Source of the DNA: Aplysia californica
Taxonomy: Eukaryota
Assembly (NCBI RefSeq): GCF_000002075.1
Contig: NW_004797684.1
Location: 278,792 to 342,791 of the forward strand
Direction of reading: 5' to 3'
Length of the DNA stretch: 64,000 bases
The notes under the pieces were generated by a model. The model saw only the letters and a program-made list of their open reading frames with translations. It had not been told where the DNA came from and searched no databases. The translations under genes were made by a program, and so were the position numbers. Shown in pieces: positions 60,434 to 64,000 of this stretch (positions are counted from its first letter, which is position 1; every line of letters starts with the position of its first letter).

Positions 60434-62828
60434 GCACAACAAAGGGAAAGTCTTCCATTTTCCCCAAAATATGCTCCATTGATAAGGTAAGCTTCTTGAA
60501 AAAAATGTAACCCAAGTAAAATCAATAATTGCCATTTGTATGACATTTAAAAAATTGTTTATGACACCATTGAACAGGGTGTGATAAGCAAGTCCGGTTT
60601 TTGGAATTGCTTTGAATGAATGCTAAGACAAGAAATATGTGTTGGTGGAGTACAGGAGAGAGAGAGAGGAGAAGAGAGAGAGAGAGAGAGAAGTGTGAAT
60701 GCAGTGCCAACTTTGTGCAGCCTTATCTGCAGTCATGCATGAGACAAGCATTGTGAATTCTAAGAACATCTAAATTGTGTGTTGTGTATGTTTGTGTATA
60801 TATATTTTTGTGCAGTGTGTGAAATTTGTACACTCGCATATTGTGAGCTGTAGCAGACATGTGTATAAAGAGAGCTTGTGCATTGTGTGAGTGAGGGAGA
60901 AGTAAAGAGTGATTGAGGTGGGGAGCACACCAATGTATGTAATGCAAAAATATCATGAAGTCGAAGAACATTGGTGAGCCTTATTAAAATGGTGTACAGA
61001 GTGAGGGAGGGTTTGTCGGAAGAACGAGACATTCGTTGCTTTTTTTTTGTTTTTGTTTTTTTGTAAGAGGAATCTGCATTGTGACTACACACTGATGCCC
61101 CCATTAGTGCCAACAATTCTTAAGTAGAATACGGGGACGGTCCAGTGTTTGATGTTATATATTATTTTCCCTTGTACATGCGTTGTTGATGAATATTCAT
61201 GAACTGTCTATACGTAGAAGGTCCCTATGTGGAGACTGGTTGTAAATCTCTGAACTATAGTGAGAAAGGATATTGGTAACAGAAAGGGGGGGTGAGTATG
61301 ACAGTATTCATTTTATAAATCTGACTGGAAGAATTTTGTCCAAGAAATATGGGCAGATTTGAATCAAGTTGTAAGTCAGAGATTTTTTAAATTTTATGTA
61401 AGAAAAAAAGAGTTTGGTGTAGAGGTGTGTGCTCATTTTTTTAATGTGCTCAAATTTGATGTATAAATTGGTTTGATAATTTGTTGTAATTTGACAGAAA
61501 AAATATTTAATGAGAAAGTGAATGTTGAAAGTTTGGTTAAAGATGACAGATCTGAAGTAAAGTATGGTGAACATTTCAGTGTGAACAATTAAGGGTGAAT
61601 GAACTTCTCATTGCACATTGTTCTGAAACGTATTCCTTGCTCACCGTCATCTTCTTCATCATCAGTTAAAACCCTCATTTGCTGAGTGCATAAGCTATCC
61701 CACATGCTCACTTTTATTGCGGGACACAGTCTGCATCATTTTGTATGGTCATATAATATGTTACACTCAGTAAAATTCTGTTGACAGACGGTAACAGAAA
61801 TTTTTTGTGGTAAGAATATTTCAGAACCAAATACAGGAGGTTGTGCCCCCATATATATAATTTGATTTTATTGTGTTCTTTTCTTGGGGAGGGGTGGGGT
61901 CCTTTTTATATACGTGTGAGTGGTTGGGAAAGTATTTTTATTTTATTTTAACCGTTTCCTGTTCACGTTCTTCACCAGTTACTGCCAACCATTTGTAACT
62001 TTCTATATTTCTATGTATATGTACGCAGCAGCCTTCCAGTGTTCAGTTTTTTGGGCTTAATGAAAGTAAAACTAAAAGCATGGAATGCCAATGCCGGTTC
62101 TGACATAATGTCCTTGCTTGCAATGAAAAGAAGACTAAAGTCAAATACCAGAGATTTATTTTTATCATCACCAAACTTACCTTTGAGGAAAACCCTGTGA
62201 GAAAAATGATGTATAAGCCTGCCCAGATAGAACACGGGCACACCATTTTTTTCCAGCCGGACTAGGCTTGGTAGAACTAAAACACTGCATTTTATTTTAA
62301 ACACTTTTTTGGTGGCTGGGTTGAACAGGAAAGGGCTAAAGGTAACACTTGTCTGTGCCAGGCTTTTTTCCAGCCTTGTGCGATGTGATTAGCTCTGCAC
62401 ACCTTTTTGTACTTTTTTGCAGACTGGATTTACTTTGCATAGTAAAAAAAAAAAGCTTTTGTTGTGAACTTTTGTATTAAGATGCAGTGGCAAATGTAAC
62501 ATCCCTTGAAAGTAAGAGTACAAGCAGTGTGGTTGTGTGTCGGTTTGGGCGAATGTAAGGGAGAGTGATTGTGCTTGCGATACCAATCATTGACCAATGT
62601 GCTGCTGGGTTTTATCAGCCACTTTCTGTGTGGCGTTGGCTGCACATCAACAGGGCATAATGTGCTACACACTTGACAGACAAGTCGGCTTTATCAGTAA
62701 TTTGTTGTGAAAAAAAAAAATTTGCGAGTGGCATGTTGTTTTGGGGGTTTTTTTGTCTGCTCTCTATGCTGAGCGCATCTGAGCTGACATGGGTTTCTAT
62801 TTCAGAATCTCTGACCCTAGACCCAACA

Positions 62829-62834
62829 AATAAA
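62829..62834 (+). promoter_or_regulatory. Candidate USP34 polyadenylation signal (implies ~3.3-kb 3' UTR)
   Basis: First AATAAA I found after the stop, followed by a T/GT-rich tract. An ATTAAA lies at ~60983 and another AATAAA at ~63034. Confidence 0.5.
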
Positions 62835-63372
62835 GCAACTGTTTCTATTTTGAATTTGTTCTTATCTTTTCTTCTTTCGTTTTCTATTTGATAGTACATG
62901 TCTACTGTTACTGTTTGTTCAAGAAAAGGAAACCGTCATTCCCTGTACTGCGAGTGTTGGTGAATTATCTTTGAAGTACAGTCAGATCTCGTTTCGGTCC
63001 TATATGTCTTATCATTCAAAGGTCCTGCCACTTAATAAATAACCTAATAGTGTGTATGGAAACTTTAAACTAAACTCGTAAACACTTGCTTTAAACCTTA
63101 ATTGAGACACCCCCNNNNNNNNNNNNNNNNNNNNNNNNNNNNNNNNNNNNNNNNNNNNNNNNNNNNNNNNNNNNNNNNNNNNNNNNNNNNNNNNNNNNNN
63201 NNNNNNNNNNNNNNNNNNNNNNNNNNNNNNNNNNNNNNNNNNNNNNNNNNNNNNNNNNNNNNNNNNNNNNNNNNNNNNNNNNNNNNNNNNNNNNNNNNNN
63301 NNNNNNNNNNNNNNNNNNNNNNNNNNNNNNNNNNNNNNNNNNNNNNNNNNNNNNNNNNNNNNNNNNNNNNNN

Positions 63373-64000
63373 AACACTTCCACATTGGTGACCCTGTCTG
63401 TCCATCTGATCCTCAGTAACTTTCTTAGACGCCTGTTCAAGAAAACCTGGTTCCTCTTTATGTCTTTATGCAAGTCTGTGATGCGTTCCAAGTCTCTTAT
63501 CCATACAACAGGACCGACTTCAGATTTGAATTGAAAATCCTCAGCTTTGTTCGAAGTGAGATAGCTCTGGTCTTCCAAATCCTATCCAAAGATATGAAAG
63601 CAACCTATGCTTTTCCAATGCGGGACTTCATTTCAGCACCTGTTCCTCCCTCTCTGTCAATTATACTCCCAAGATAGCAGAAGGATTCAACGTCTTCTAG
63701 TGCCTTTCCTTCTATTGTGACCTCTTCCCTTCGTTGTGCATCTGCCCTTAGGACCATTGACTTTCCGGGGTGGACCCTCAATCGAACAGACTCCGATAGG
63801 CCGTTTAATACTGAAGTCTTTGTTTGCATCTGTTCCTGGGTATGCGACGGAAGTGCCAAGTCATCTGCAAAGTCCAGATCATCCAACTGTCCATGGGGTC
63901 CACTATATACCGTTTCTATGTCCTCTGGTGGTTTCCTTCATCAGCCAGTCGATTGCCAAGATAAAGAGGAAAGGGGATAGTAAACATCCCTGTTTCCCAC
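63373..64000 (-). mobile_element. RTE-clade LINE reverse transcriptase fragment, inactivated
   Basis: QGCLLSPFLF, LDFADDLAL and FCYLGS motifs with in-frame stops; runs off the window end. Confidence 0.92.

Noticed and set aside
1-64000. The many 60-190 aa ORFs in the six-frame track as independent genes
   Set aside because: They are exon read-throughs, antisense shadows of exons, low-complexity intron or microsatellite sequence, repeat copies, or ORFs held open by N runs.

Overview
Animal genomic DNA from a draft assembly with six N-gaps; the repeat content suggests a lophotrochozoan, probably a mollusc. The window is almost entirely the 3' part of one + strand gene, the deubiquitinase USP34 (Drosophila puffyeye orthologue). 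I traced 57 GT-AG exons from 368 to the TAG at 59501. They join in phase into about 2527 aa with an intact USP Cys/His/Asp triad, and the 5' exons lie upstream of the window. The introns hold tRNA-derived SINEs (CORE-like and Deu/Nin-like), three short unclassified repeat families, TTAA- and TAA-flanked MITEs and LINE fragments. Main oddities: (1) an out-of-order second copy of exons 45-47 beside a gap; (2) one covarying 3' stem-loop shared by three unrelated retroposon bodies; (3) a retroposon flanked by a ~320-bp direct duplication; (4) tandem arrays built from the gene's own 5' and 3' splice sites; (5) an acceptor that appears to have shifted inside the catalytic domain; (6) a 39-bp-stem hairpin inside a SINE; (7) degenerate hammerhead-like motifs. 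Comparisons with human USP34 and with repeat consensus sequences are from memory, not from a search. I found no evidence of a wholly new protein-coding system.
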